64,000 nt of DNA from Armatimonadota bacterium (GTDB lineage: Bacteria; Armatimonadota; SYMT01). The notes beneath the pieces were generated by a model. That model saw only the letters and a list, made by a program, of their open reading frames with translations, searched no databases and was not told where the DNA came from. The DNA lies in NCBI GenBank assembly GCA_041690135.1, contig JAWLHY010000008.1:1-64000 (forward strand). The letters are read 5' to 3'. The translations under genes were made by a program, and so were the position numbers. This document shows, in pieces, positions 1-9,976 of the stretch. Within the stretch, counting starts at the first letter, position 1. Every line of letters begins with the position of its first letter.

Positions 1-1
1 C

Positions 2-88
2 GGGAAACTTTCCTGGATCCGCACCGCGCGGGAATGGTTCGCGCGGCAGCTGCGGCTGTATGGTCGTGCAGCCCCAGCTTGCTTATGA
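2..88 (+). CDS. Possible 3' end of a gene truncated by the window edge
   Basis: Open frame GKLSWIRTAREWFARQLRLYGRAAPACL ends at TGA 86-88, converging on the sulfatase; too short to identify. Confidence 0.3.
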   Translation, partial: GKLSWIRTAREWFARQLRLYGRAAPACL

Positions 89-100
89 AGTACACTCAGC

Positions 101-168
101 CCGAACACCTGAACACCCGAACACCCGAACACCCGAACACCCGAACACCTGAACACCCGAGCACCTGA
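101..168. repeat. Tandem 8-mer array C(C/T)GAACAC, 8 units
   Basis: Read directly: ccgaacac ctgaacac ccgaacac x4 ctgaacac ccgagcac. Related arrays on the opposite strand at ~45393-45428 and ~49849-49893. Confidence 0.95.
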
Positions 169-172
169 CCGC

Positions 173-1540
173 CTATTCCGGCGGATACCACGGAACCCGT
201 CCCGACCGCTGGATCTGGAGGCGTAGCGCGGCGGAGAGGTCCCGGAATACGGCCGGCGTGCTCCGTGCCTGGTCCGTCTGTTCCATCGGGTCCGTCTTCA
301 GGTTGAAGAGCTGCATCGGCTCGAAAGGGCTGTTGTGGACCAGCTTCCAGTCTCCCCGCCGGGCGGCGTGGATGGTCTTCCCCTGGTAGCGGGGTCCTCC
401 TTCCCGGCGCGTGAAGAATACGGTCCGTTCGGGTCCGGTCTCCGGGCTGCCCCGAAAGGCATCCAGCAGGCTGACGCCGTCGATCGGGTGCTGCACCCGG
501 CCGCCGGCGGCCTCGGCCAGGGTGGGGAAGAGATCCATGGCGAGCCCCATCCGCTCCGTGCGCCCCGGGCGGATCTTTCCGGGCCACGCGGCGAACATGG
601 GAACCCGGATGCCGCCTTCGTACACGTCTTCCTTGGCGCCGCGGAGAGGCCCGTTGGAGGCGCCCACGTTCACCTGCCCCCCATTGTCACTGGTGAAGAC
701 GACGAGCGTGTTCTCGGGGGAAGTCTCGCGCAGCGTCGACAGGATCCGCCCCACACCCGCATCCATGTGCTCGATCAATGCCACCAGCCTGGCGCGCTTC
801 TCCGCAATCCCCGGCTGTCGCTCCTTCACCTTTCGGACCCACTCGTCCGGTGGCTGGATGGGGGTGTGGGGCGCGTTATAGGCCACGTAGAGGAAGAAGG
901 GCTGGCGTTTCCCCTCCCGACTTCGCAGGTAATCGCATGCCCAGTCCGTGAAGAGATCGGTGGCGTGTCCGGGCGGATCGATCTCCTTCGTGTTGCGCCG
1001 CATGTAGTTGTTCCCGTGCCGCCGGTGGGTGACGTAGTCGTCCATCATGTCGCCCAGAAAGCCGTGGAAGTGGTCGAAGCCGCGTTCATTGGGAACGTTC
1101 GGTTTCTCCAGGCCCAGGTGCCACTTGCCCACCATCCCCGTGGCGTAGCCCGCCTTCTTCAATGCCTGCGGGAGGAGCACCGCTTTCGGGTCCAGGTAAC
1201 CCCAACTGTTTTCCGGGTGAGTCCGGATGACGCCGGGGACGCCGACCAGATCCGGGTAGCGACCGGTGAGCAGCGAGGCTCGGGTAGGGGAGCAGACCGG
1301 CGAGTTGGCGTAGAAGCGATCGAAGGTGATCCCCTGGGAAGCCAGGCGGTCCAGGTGCGGCGTGCGCATGTCTTTCGCGCCCTGGCAGGCGAGGTCCCCC
1401 CATCCCAGGTCATCCGCCAGGATCAGGACGATGTTCGGGCGCTCCGGCGCTTGAGAACGGGCAGTTCCGGCACTTGCGGCTACGAGCGATCCGGTCAGCA
1501 GCAAAGCCCCAACTGCCCGGAATTGGGCTCCAGTGAACAC
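173..1540 (-). CDS. Secreted sulfatase (formylglycine-dependent, arylsulfatase family)
   Basis: RPNIVLILADDLGWGD, CSPTRASLLTGR, GKWHLG and SDNG motifs; signal peptide. Start placed at GTG 1540 (uncertain); the ORF-track extension to 1804 looks non-coding. Confidence 0.92.
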   Translation of the reverse strand: MFTGAQFRAVGALLLTGSLVAASAGTARSQAPERPNIVLILADDLGWGDLACQGAKDMRTPHLDRLASQGITFDRFYANSPVCSPTRASLLTGRYPDLVGVPGVIRTHPENSWGYLDPKAVLLPQALKKAGYATGMVGKWHLGLEKPNVPNERGFDHFHGFLGDMMDDYVTHRRHGNNYMRRNTKEIDPPGHATDLFTDWACDYLRSREGKRQPFFLYVAYNAPHTPIQPPDEWVRKVKERQPGIAEKRARLVALIEHMDAGVGRILSTLRETSPENTLVVFTSDNGGQVNVGASNGPLRGAKEDVYEGGIRVPMFAAWPGKIRPGRTERMGLAMDLFPTLAEAAGGRVQHPIDGVSLLDAFRGSPETGPERTVFFTRREGGPRYQGKTIHAARRGDWKLVHNSPFEPMQLFNLKTDPMEQTDQARSTPAVFRDLSAALRLQIQRSGRVPWYPPE

Positions 1541-1791
1541 GAAATCACGAAAGAACGAAGGCACGAGGTTCCCCCAAAAAGATGGTGTGGTGCGGAGCAC
1601 GAGGTTCGGTTCGCACTGCCGCGAATGGATCCCTGCCTGTGGTAACAGCCCTGCCCGCACCGGACGGCACTGCTGAACACCGATATTCAAGAAGGATGAG
1701 CCGGGTCCAGGCTGCAATTGGACTCTGGCTGATGATCCGTGCGGATGGCGGTTGGTGCCCTTCCTTCCGACGAGTTTGCGAGGCAGATGAA

Positions 1792-4089
1792 ATGATGCGT
1801 TCAAGATTCTTGGGGTTGCTCCTCGGCACTCTCCTACTGGGTGGGGGCATCGCCTCGGCCGGCGGAGCGGGAGCGCCCGCCACGTTGCCGGGAACGCAGC
1901 CCCTGTCCATGGAGGGGGATATCGCTTCGCACCTGGTGGATGGGGTGGACCGATTCTTGCTGCGGGAACTGGACCGGTCCGCCGAGCGCCGAGAGCGCCT
2001 CTGGAAGCCTAACGGCTCTTCGGTGGACGCCTACGTGAGATCGCTGGGCATGGAGCGGCGACGCCTGGCTTTCATGCTGGGCGTCCGCGACAAGCGCGTG
2101 ACCTTCGAGGAGCCGGAGTTAGTGGCTACGCCTCGCCGCCCTGCGGTGGTTTACCATGGGTCGGGCTACGAAGCCCTGGCGGTTCGCTGGCCGGTATTCG
2201 CGGAAGTCTATGGAGAAGGGTTGCTTCTCCAGCCGGTCGGCAAGAAGCCCGTGGCCGACGTGGTGGCGATTCCGGACGCGGATATTACCCCCGAGCAGTT
2301 GGCGGGCCTGGTGCCCGGAGTGGCGCCGGAGTCCCAGTACGCTCGCCGTCTGGCGGAGAGCGGTTGTCGGGTGCTGGTCCCCACGCTGATTGACCGCAAA
2401 GTCGAGCCCCGGAACGGTCGCGCCCGCCTCACGAGCCGTGAGTTTCTCTACCGTCCGGCGTTCGAGTTGGGCCGGCACCTCATCGGTTACGAAGTACAGA
2501 AGGTCCTATCGGGCGTAGACTGGTTCGCCCGGGAGGCGGGAGAGGGGGCGGACCCCCGCATAGGCGTGATTGGGTGGGGAGAGGGCGGAATGCTGTCGCT
2601 CTACGCGGCTGCGCTCGATACCCGCATCGATGTGGCCTGCGTGAGCGGCTACTTCGATGATCGCCGGAGCCTCTGGCAGCAGCCGATCGACCGCAACGTG
2701 TTCGGACTCCTGGAGCGGTTTGGCGATGCGGAACTGGCAGCCCTGGTCGCGCCGCGGTCCCTGGTGATCGAAGCGGCCCGCGGACCGGAGTTGACCCTTG
2801 CCGGACAGGGAGGCGCCCCGGCGCGGCTGATATCTCCCGCGCTGGAGGCGGTGAAGAAGGAGTTTGCCCGGGCCAAGCGCCTGGTGCCGCCGATCGAGGC
2901 GAAGCTCCCCTTCACCCTGGTTGAGAGCGGCGCCGGCCAGGGGCCTTACGGTTCCATGACCGCGCTTCACGCATTGCTTCAGGGACTACTGCCCGGTGCC
3001 GAACTCGCGCCGGATGGCGGCTTGCCGACTGGGGTGGGACCCGTGGTCGATCCCGGTGTCCGTCAGACGCGGCAAATTCAGGAGATCGACCGGTATAACC
3101 AGGCACTGTTGGAAGAGAGCCCTCGGGTGCGTCAGAGTTTTATGAGCCGGCTCGATACCAGTTCGCCCGCAAACTTTGCCCGTACCGGCGATCAGTACCG
3201 GAACATGTTCTACGGGGAGGTGATCGGCAAGTTCGAAGAACCGGTCCTGCCGGCGAAACCCCGCACCCGGAAGTCTTACGATACGCCGAAGTGGACCGGT
3301 TACGAGGTCGTGCTGGATGTGTTCCCGGACGTCATCGCCTACGGGGTCCTCTTGCTTCCCAAAGACATCAAGCCCGGGGAGAAGCGCCCGGTCGTGGTGT
3401 GCCAGCATGGGCTCGAAGGGCGGCCCAGCGACGTGATCACCGGTGACAAGCCCGCCTACCACGACTTCGCGGCGAAGCTGGCGGAGCGCGGGTTCATCAC
3501 CTTCGCGCCGCAGAACCTGTACCTGTTCGGCGACCGGTTCCGCACGCTCCAGCGCAAAGCCAATCCTCTCAAGAAGACCCTCTTCTCCATCATCACACCG
3601 CAGCACCAGCAGATCGTCGACTGGCTGAAGGCGCAGCCGTTCGTCGATCCCCAGCGGATCGCCTTCTACGGCCTCAGCTACGGAGGCAAAACGGCGATGC
3701 GGGTGCCCGCGCTGGTGAAGGACTATTGCCTGTCGATCTGTTCCGCGGACTTCAACGAATGGGTCTGGAAGAACGCCTCCACCCGGAGTCCCTACAGCTA
3801 CGTATGGACCGGCGAGTACGAGATCTTCGAGTTCGACCTGGGCAGCACGTTCAACTACGCCGAGATGGCCGCCCTCATCGCGCCCCGCCCCTTCATGGTG
3901 GAGCGCGGTCACCTCGACGGCGTGGCCCCGGACGAAAAGGTCGCCCACGAGTTTGCCAAGGTGCGGAACTTCTACTCGGTCCGGCTCAAAATGCCCGACC
4001 GTTGCGAGATCGAATGGTTCAATGGACCGCACACGATCAACGGCAAAGGCACTTTCGACTTCCTTCACCGCCATCTCAACTGGCCATAA
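1792..4089 (+). CDS. Secreted tandem alpha/beta hydrolase (dienelactone hydrolase/acetyl xylan esterase-like)
   Basis: Signal peptide MMRSRFLGLLLG; C-terminal nucleophile motif GLSYGG; N-terminal half has a degenerate GWGEGG; both halves contain ALxAPR. Confidence 0.8.
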   Translation: MMRSRFLGLLLGTLLLGGGIASAGGAGAPATLPGTQPLSMEGDIASHLVDGVDRFLLRELDRSAERRERLWKPNGSSVDAYVRSLGMERRRLAFMLGVRDKRVTFEEPELVATPRRPAVVYHGSGYEALAVRWPVFAEVYGEGLLLQPVGKKPVADVVAIPDADITPEQLAGLVPGVAPESQYARRLAESGCRVLVPTLIDRKVEPRNGRARLTSREFLYRPAFELGRHLIGYEVQKVLSGVDWFAREAGEGADPRIGVIGWGEGGMLSLYAAALDTRIDVACVSGYFDDRRSLWQQPIDRNVFGLLERFGDAELAALVAPRSLVIEAARGPELTLAGQGGAPARLISPALEAVKKEFARAKRLVPPIEAKLPFTLVESGAGQGPYGSMTALHALLQGLLPGAELAPDGGLPTGVGPVVDPGVRQTRQIQEIDRYNQALLEESPRVRQSFMSRLDTSSPANFARTGDQYRNMFYGEVIGKFEEPVLPAKPRTRKSYDTPKWTGYEVVLDVFPDVIAYGVLLLPKDIKPGEKRPVVVCQHGLEGRPSDVITGDKPAYHDFAAKLAERGFITFAPQNLYLFGDRFRTLQRKANPLKKTLFSIITPQHQQIVDWLKAQPFVDPQRIAFYGLSYGGKTAMRVPALVKDYCLSICSADFNEWVWKNASTRSPYSYVWTGEYEIFEFDLGSTFNYAEMAALIAPRPFMVERGHLDGVAPDEKVAHEFAKVRNFYSVRLKMPDRCEIEWFNGPHTINGKGTFDFLHRHLNWP

Positions 4090-4258
4090 CCGAAATAAAC
4101 CGCGTCGCCCACACCCGCAAGCGGATACCCGGCACCCCGCAGAGCGCGCAGAGCCGGCGCAGAGGATGTATCAACGGCGAGTAGGACCGGAGTTTTAACC
4201 GGGTGCGTCTCGTCCTGAAACCTGGGCCACCTAAGAGGATTGGAAGGGCAAGGACTCC

Positions 4259-4756
4259 ATGCGAATTCTGAGGTGGTTATTGGGATCAACTTTCGAGGAA
4301 ATCTTCGCGGATGCTCAGCGGCACGAGGACTGCCTGCGGATGCCCGTGCCGGAAGAAACGCGAGCGCAACTGTCCCAGCTACTTTGGGACCTGGTGGAAG
4401 AGAACCTCCCGGACGGAGAGTTCTGGAGGCGCTGGTCCGGCCTTCCGCGGCAGCGGGGAGGCTCGTACGCCCCGCTCGAAGTGGTGGTGCAGCAATACCT
4501 GCAACTCCGCCGGGACCCCTACGCCCGGCATTTCAGCCACGTATCGTTTGGTGCGACAGCCGACCCCCGCTACCTGTCCTTCCGGAAGTGCCTGCGGGAG
4601 AAAACTGCCCAATTAGGGCCGCCAGCCGGGCCCTCGACCGTGCGCTTGCCACTCCCTGCCGGGCACGCTGAGCAGTCGGCCGTCGACCTGCCGCTGACGT
4701 CCGATGCACCCGCGTCCGGAATCTCCGGCGCAGGAAAGGTGGTCAAAGACAAGTAG
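4259..4756 (+). CDS. Hypothetical protein
   Basis: 165-aa ORF with an upstream AAGGA and protein-like composition; no motif recognised. Confidence 0.6.
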   Translation: MRILRWLLGSTFEEIFADAQRHEDCLRMPVPEETRAQLSQLLWDLVEENLPDGEFWRRWSGLPRQRGGSYAPLEVVVQQYLQLRRDPYARHFSHVSFGATADPRYLSFRKCLREKTAQLGPPAGPSTVRLPLPAGHAEQSAVDLPLTSDAPASGISGAGKVVKDK

Positions 4757-4913
4757 CGGAAGCATGCCTCACCCGGCAGCACAGGTGCGAGTCCAAGACC
4801 CGGCGGTGACAGAGCTTCCCGCCCTACATCTTCTGGTGCAAGCACAGGGGCTCTACCGGTATCTCGATGCTACTTCCGCTGTGCGTAGCGAGCGTCCACG
4901 AGCACTGTCATTC

Positions 4914-5663
4914 TTAGCGCGGCGGGTTCCAGAGGTCCGACAGCAGGCGCTCCATCATCGGGTCGTGCTGTTTCAACTCGGCGCGGACGAACGGGTAGAA
5001 GTCGTTGGTCCCGAAGAAGGCCTCCGTCGCCTCCGCGAAATACTCGCGGTCGTTGGTGAGCGCGTAGGCCCGCTCCGTCTTGCCGTTGATCCGGAGCACG
5101 GCCTCGTAACGCTTCGCCTCGGTGGCCGCGCGGAAGGCCTGCCGGATCCCGGCGTGATCGAACCCCAGGACCTGGTCGTGGTAGGCATGCGCCAGTTCGT
5201 GAAGGATCATGGCCGGCTGCTGGATGGACCACTCCAGGAAGCGGGAAGCGTTCCCAATCTCCACGCCCTTTGCCTTGTCGGGGTTGTAGCCGTTGTCGCG
5301 CAGCCACTCCCGGCTGGGATGGTATTCCGCGCAGGGCGCCGAGCCATCGTCCACCCCCAGCCAGATCGGTACTCTCTGCAGCCGCGCGCACGCCGTCGGG
5401 GGAACGACCCGCCGGATTTCGAACAGCTTGGTCTCCAGTAGCCGCAGCGCCCGGCCACCGAGTTCCGCCTGTTCCTTGAGGAGTGCCCGGTTCACGCGGA
5501 CAGTCCAGCCTTCAATGGTCCGGGTCTCGTAGGCCTCGGTCGGCACGAGTCGGATTTTCTCCGTCGCACTTGCGCCCCACGGTGTAGCGCCGGCCATGAG
5601 GCAGGCCCCGAAGAGCAGAATGGTGGCCATTCCCTTTCCGAGGGCGGTGCGTCCCGATTGCAT
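4914..5663 (-). CDS. Secreted zinc metallopeptidase (HExxH...E, MtfA/lethal-factor-like)
   Basis: ILHELAHAYH plus downstream YALTNDREYFAEATEAFFG; signal peptide; start either 5663 or 5630. Confidence 0.82.
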   Translation of the reverse strand: MQSGRTALGKGMATILLFGACLMAGATPWGASATEKIRLVPTEAYETRTIEGWTVRVNRALLKEQAELGGRALRLLETKLFEIRRVVPPTACARLQRVPIWLGVDDGSAPCAEYHPSREWLRDNGYNPDKAKGVEIGNASRFLEWSIQQPAMILHELAHAYHDQVLGFDHAGIRQAFRAATEAKRYEAVLRINGKTERAYALTNDREYFAEATEAFFGTNDFYPFVRAELKQHDPMMERLLSDLWNPPR

Positions 5664-5802
5664 ACTTGTTGACATTATGTTGTTGGCAAATTCGATCGCG
5701 GAGAGTTGCACTGCCCGCGCGGGGTACCCGCGAAATGAGTGGTTCATGCGCGGTCCAACTGCAGCCGATCCGTACGGATCAACCAACAGAATCCTGCATG
5801 GG

Positions 5803-6900
5803 TTAGGGTCGCTTCTGTCCCGGTGCTGGTGGGAGTGGCACACCACTCAACTGGAAAGGTACCCGCTTCGGATCTGCTTTCGGTCTGAAGAGGTAGATCG
5901 CCACCTTCGCCAGTTCCTCTTTGTCGTGAAGAGCGCCAAACTTCATCAATGCCTGGCAATCGAAAGTGACCACTGGAGGCAATGGCTCGTCGGGTCGAAA
6001 GTGACCGGACAGGAAGTAGCGGTTGAACTTCCTGTTTTGCATGCTGGGCAATCCCCGCCCACCCGGCCCGGCGGGGCCGTCGCCCGTAAAGGTGCTGTTG
6101 AATTTCCCGCCACCCCGCCCTACGGTGAGGGACCCGGTAAACCTGCCCTGGAGAGCGGGAAAGATGTTACCTTCGGTGTCGTGGAGGTCTACCTGGAATT
6201 GCGGAGGCAGAATCCGATCGTGGGTTACCTCCGCACCCCTGAAGTTGGCGGTAACGGTGAAATTGAGCTCGCTTTGCTCCGCTCCCAACTCCACCGGGTC
6301 CACCCGTAGGGTGTAGCCATCCACCTTCCTCTCTACAGCCTGCCTTAACTCCTTGCCGCTGATTTCCATCTTTTGGAGAGGCCCTTCGGCCTCCATGAGT
6401 TCGCCTTTCACGACTTTCAAACTCTGAGCCCGGTCGTTCGGCAAGTTGAGCAGTAGGCGGAACTCTTTTTCGCCCGGTTGCGGGAGTAAGACCGCCCTTC
6501 CGTTGGGTAGGCGTTTGAAACTCGAGCCCGGCGACGGAGGGACCCGGTATTCGTGGCCAGTATCGTCCACGATCGTAAGCGGCCCGCCTATCCCCTGGAA
6601 GCGAATTCCATCCTCCCGCGTGGATGGCGTCACACGAAGGCCCAGCGAGGCCACTGCCTGCAACGGCATCTCCTCGTTCCCCGCTGGCCGGCGATACCTC
6701 TGAACGTTGTTCTTCTCGAACCCGACCGAGTAGCCACCGGCCCGGGTAGAAATCAACTGTTCATCTGGAAGTGCCCGCTTCGTGCTGTTTTGGGCTCCGG
6801 CCGGCCCACCTAGCCCGGCGATGAGAGCCGCCAGCGGCGGTGCACATGCCACAACCGTCGCGGATCGTAAGCGATTGGTTCTTGTCCCCATCATACTCAT
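5803..6900 (-). CDS. Hypothetical secreted protein
   Basis: AGGAGG directly upstream of ATG 6900; signal-like N-terminus ending PAGAQ; beta-rich; no family recognised. Confidence 0.7.
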   Translation of the reverse strand: MSMMGTRTNRLRSATVVACAPPLAALIAGLGGPAGAQNSTKRALPDEQLISTRAGGYSVGFEKNNVQRYRRPAGNEEMPLQAVASLGLRVTPSTREDGIRFQGIGGPLTIVDDTGHEYRVPPSPGSSFKRLPNGRAVLLPQPGEKEFRLLLNLPNDRAQSLKVVKGELMEAEGPLQKMEISGKELRQAVERKVDGYTLRVDPVELGAEQSELNFTVTANFRGAEVTHDRILPPQFQVDLHDTEGNIFPALQGRFTGSLTVGRGGGKFNSTFTGDGPAGPGGRGLPSMQNRKFNRYFLSGHFRPDEPLPPVVTFDCQALMKFGALHDKEELAKVAIYLFRPKADPKRVPFQLSGVPLPPAPGQKRP

Positions 6901-7175
6901 CCTCCTAAGGCGGCAGTGCGGTAGCTGTCGCTTCGGTGTCTCAACGGTCCAGGCAGGCATCCCCATCTTTACTCGGGTATCTCTCATTGAAAGACGCTTC
7001 AGGTCGCAGGATAGTTGCGGAATTACCTCGCTCCATTGGGTGGTGATGGGCGCCTTCGCAGATTCCCGATTCCCTTGCCACTTGAGAGCGGTTCCGTACC
7101 TCACAGGAGTTTGCCGGCCGCCGGGCGTATCTAGGAGCGTCGGACGTCACGCGCCGGCATCGTGCGACTTCGCGG

Positions 7176-9824
7176 GTGGCCATGGCACACGAAAAGACTT
7201 CTTCTCCCAATCCTCGCGCCGGAGTGGCGCTGGCGGCGGGCCTCGTGGTTTGCGCCACGGCGGGCCTGGCCCTTGCGGCTCCTCCCAAGTTCCGTAGCGC
7301 CCAGCCCGCGGCGGCCGAAAAGGTCCAGGTGCCGGCGGCGCGGGTCAGTGCTGCCGAGGCCGCCCAGCGCGTGCTGGCGACGCACTGTATTGCGTGCCAT
7401 GGGGAGAAGTCGCAGATGGGCGGACTGCGCCTCGACACGCGGGCGGCCCTGTTGAAGGGAGGCAAACGCGGTCCTGCCTTCGTCGCGGGCTCTCCGGAGA
7501 AGAGCCTTATGCTAAAGGCGGTCCGTCACCAGGGGGAGGTCAAGATGCCCCCCGGCGGCAAGCTCTCCCCGGCGGAGATTCAAGCCCTCACCCAATGGCT
7601 AGCCACCGGCGCCGTGTACCATACACCCACGCCCCAGGCCCCACGCGTGGGTGGTCAGGCCCCGGCACCCAATGCCCAACACCCGACGCCCAACGCCCCC
7701 AACCCACTCTGGGCCTTCCGATCGCTCCAGCGACCGCAGGTCCCGCAAGTCCGGAACCGCTGGTGGGTGAAGAACCCGATCGATGCCTTCGTGTTGGCGA
7801 AGTTGGAGCGCCAGGGGCTGAAACCCAGTCCTTACGCCGACCGCCGGACCCTGATCCGGCGGGTGTCCCTGGACCTGACCGGACTGCCGCCCACGCCGGA
7901 GGAAGTCGACGCATTCCTCAGCGACCGGAGCCCCAACGCCTACGAGAAGGTGGTGGACCGCCTCCTCGCCTCGAAGCATTACGGGGAGCGCCTGGCCATC
8001 AAGTGGCTCGACTTGGCCCGTTATGCGGACAGCGACGGCTATCACGACGATACGGACCGCTCCATGTGGCCGTATCGCGACTACGTGATCAACGCCTTCA
8101 ACCGGAACAAGCCGTTCGACCAGTTCACCATCGAGCAACTGGCCGGAGATACGCTGCCGAACGCCACGGACGAGCAGAAGATCGCCAGCGCTTTCAACCG
8201 GTGCGGGCCCACCAGTTCCGAAGGTGGGGCGATCCCGGAGGAGTACCTGGCCAAGTACGCGGTCGACCGGGTCAATACCACCACCAGCGTCTGGATGGGG
8301 CTCACCTTCGGCTGCGCCGAGTGCCACGACCATAAGTACGACCCGGTCACCACGCGCGAGTACTATCAGTTTTTCGCCTTCTTCAATCAGGTGCCGGAGC
8401 AGGCCCTTTACCGGGGCGCCGACGCCCCACCGACACTGTTCCATCCCACTCCGGAACAGAAGAAGCGCCTCGATGAGCTGGCGAAACTGATCCCGCCGGC
8501 GGAGGAGGAGGCAAAGCCCCGGACCGGCGTGGCCGATCCCAAGGCGGAAATGGCCCGGGTCGCCGAGGCCAAGAAGAAGCTCGAGGCCCTCACCAAGGAA
8601 CGCGCCGAGGTCGAGAAGCATTCCAAGGTGCGGATCATGGCGGACGTCCCCCAGCGCCGCCCCACGCACATCCTGGTGCGCGGCGACTACGCCAAGAAGG
8701 GTGAAGAGGTCCAGCCCGCCGTCCCTGCTGTGCTGGGAAAATTGCCGGAAGGCATCGCTTCTCCTCGCCTGGCCCTGGCGAAGTGGCTGGTGGATCCCTC
8801 TAACCCCCTCACCCCGCGGGTCACGGTCAACCGCTTCTGGGAAATGGTTTTCGGCCATGGACTGGCCCGCAGCTCCGACGACTTCGGCTCTCGCGGCGAG
8901 CGACCCACGCATCCCGATCTTCTCGACTGGATCGCCAGTGTCTTCGCTTCGCCGGAGCGAACGGAAGGTGAGAACGAGGCAGTGGGTGCGCCGCATCCAG
9001 CAGGCACCGCATCCAACCTTCAACCTTCAACCTTCAACTTTCAACCAGAATCTGGGCTTGGCTGGAAAACGAAGGAACTGCTAAAGCTCATTGTCATGAG
9101 TGCTACCTATCAGCAGTCGTCCCGGGTGACGCCCGGGTTGGTGGCGAAGGATCCGGATAACCGGCTACTGGCGCGCGGTCCTCGGTTCCGGATGCCGGCG
9201 GAAATGATCCGCGACAATGCGCTGGCGATCAGCGGGCTACTCGACCGGGAGCGAGCGGTGGGCGGACCCAGCGTGAAGCCGTACCAGCCGGGCGATCTCT
9301 GGCGCGAGCTGAGTGCGGGCGACCAGGAAGCCAAATCTTACGTCCAGGATCACGGCCCCGACCTCTATCGCCGCGGCCTCTACACCTTCTGGAAGCGCTC
9401 GGTCCTCTTCCCGGCTTTCGCGGTGTTCGACGCGCCGAAGCGGGAAGTCTGCACCGTCCAACGCCCAATCACGAACACGCCGCTGCAGGCCTTCGCCACG
9501 CTGAACGACACGGCCTACGTGGAAGCGGCAAGGGTGTTTGCCCAGCGCATCCTTCAGCAGGGCGGACCAACGGTGGACGCCAGGCTCGACTACGCCTACC
9601 GTCGCGCCCTCGCCCGCCCCGCCACCCCCGCGGAGCGTCAGGTTCTGACGCGGATATTGAACCGCTCGCTGGCTCACTACCGGGCCGACGCTAAGGGGGC
9701 GACGCAACTCGTAAGCGTGGGTGAATTCGCCCGGCTATCGGAGTTGGACGTGAGCGAACTCGCGGCGTGGACCTGCGTATGCAACGCCCTCCTGAACCTG
9801 GACGAAACGATTACGAAGGAATAG
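7176..9824 (+). CDS. Planctomycete-type cytochrome c protein (PSCyt1 + DUF1549 + DUF1553)
   Basis: CIACHG heme motif, NPIDAFV, RRVSLDLTGLPPT, WLDLARYADSDG, CAECHDHKYDP, NTPLQA. Confidence 0.93.
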   Translation: MAMAHEKTSSPNPRAGVALAAGLVVCATAGLALAAPPKFRSAQPAAAEKVQVPAARVSAAEAAQRVLATHCIACHGEKSQMGGLRLDTRAALLKGGKRGPAFVAGSPEKSLMLKAVRHQGEVKMPPGGKLSPAEIQALTQWLATGAVYHTPTPQAPRVGGQAPAPNAQHPTPNAPNPLWAFRSLQRPQVPQVRNRWWVKNPIDAFVLAKLERQGLKPSPYADRRTLIRRVSLDLTGLPPTPEEVDAFLSDRSPNAYEKVVDRLLASKHYGERLAIKWLDLARYADSDGYHDDTDRSMWPYRDYVINAFNRNKPFDQFTIEQLAGDTLPNATDEQKIASAFNRCGPTSSEGGAIPEEYLAKYAVDRVNTTTSVWMGLTFGCAECHDHKYDPVTTREYYQFFAFFNQVPEQALYRGADAPPTLFHPTPEQKKRLDELAKLIPPAEEEAKPRTGVADPKAEMARVAEAKKKLEALTKERAEVEKHSKVRIMADVPQRRPTHILVRGDYAKKGEEVQPAVPAVLGKLPEGIASPRLALAKWLVDPSNPLTPRVTVNRFWEMVFGHGLARSSDDFGSRGERPTHPDLLDWIASVFASPERTEGENEAVGAPHPAGTASNLQPSTFNFQPESGLGWKTKELLKLIVMSATYQQSSRVTPGLVAKDPDNRLLARGPRFRMPAEMIRDNALAISGLLDRERAVGGPSVKPYQPGDLWRELSAGDQEAKSYVQDHGPDLYRRGLYTFWKRSVLFPAFAVFDAPKREVCTVQRPITNTPLQAFATLNDTAYVEAARVFAQRILQQGGPTVDARLDYAYRRALARPATPAERQVLTRILNRSLAHYRADAKGATQLVSVGEFARLSELDVSELAAWTCVCNALLNLDETITKE

Positions 9825-9886
9825 TGCGTGTTGCGTATTGCGTATTTCGAACCCGCTCGCACCGCTGAAAGGGGGATAGCAACGCC

Positions 9887-9976
9887 ATGACGTACGAACA
9901 GTGGCTGGATACGGTGCCGGAGTGCATCACCCGAGATCCGCTCTGGAAACGACCGTGTTCGAGACTCAGAGGGTGA
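9887..9976 (+). pseudogene. Truncated four-helix-bundle (23S rRNA IVP-like) gene remnant
   Basis: GGGGG RBS then MTYEQWLDTVPECITRDPLWKR, resembling the N-terminus of a four-helix-bundle subfamily as I recall it; stops after 29 aa; flanked by inverted heptamer repeats. Confidence 0.55.

Noticed and set aside
101-168. Possible CRISPR array
   Set aside because: Contiguous 8-bp units with no spacers and no cas genes.
335-1645. Long antisense ORFs here and opposite many genes (e.g. 20214-22538, 30118-31911, 43218-44456)
   Set aside because: Shadow ORFs expected at high GC opposite genes with clear family motifs.
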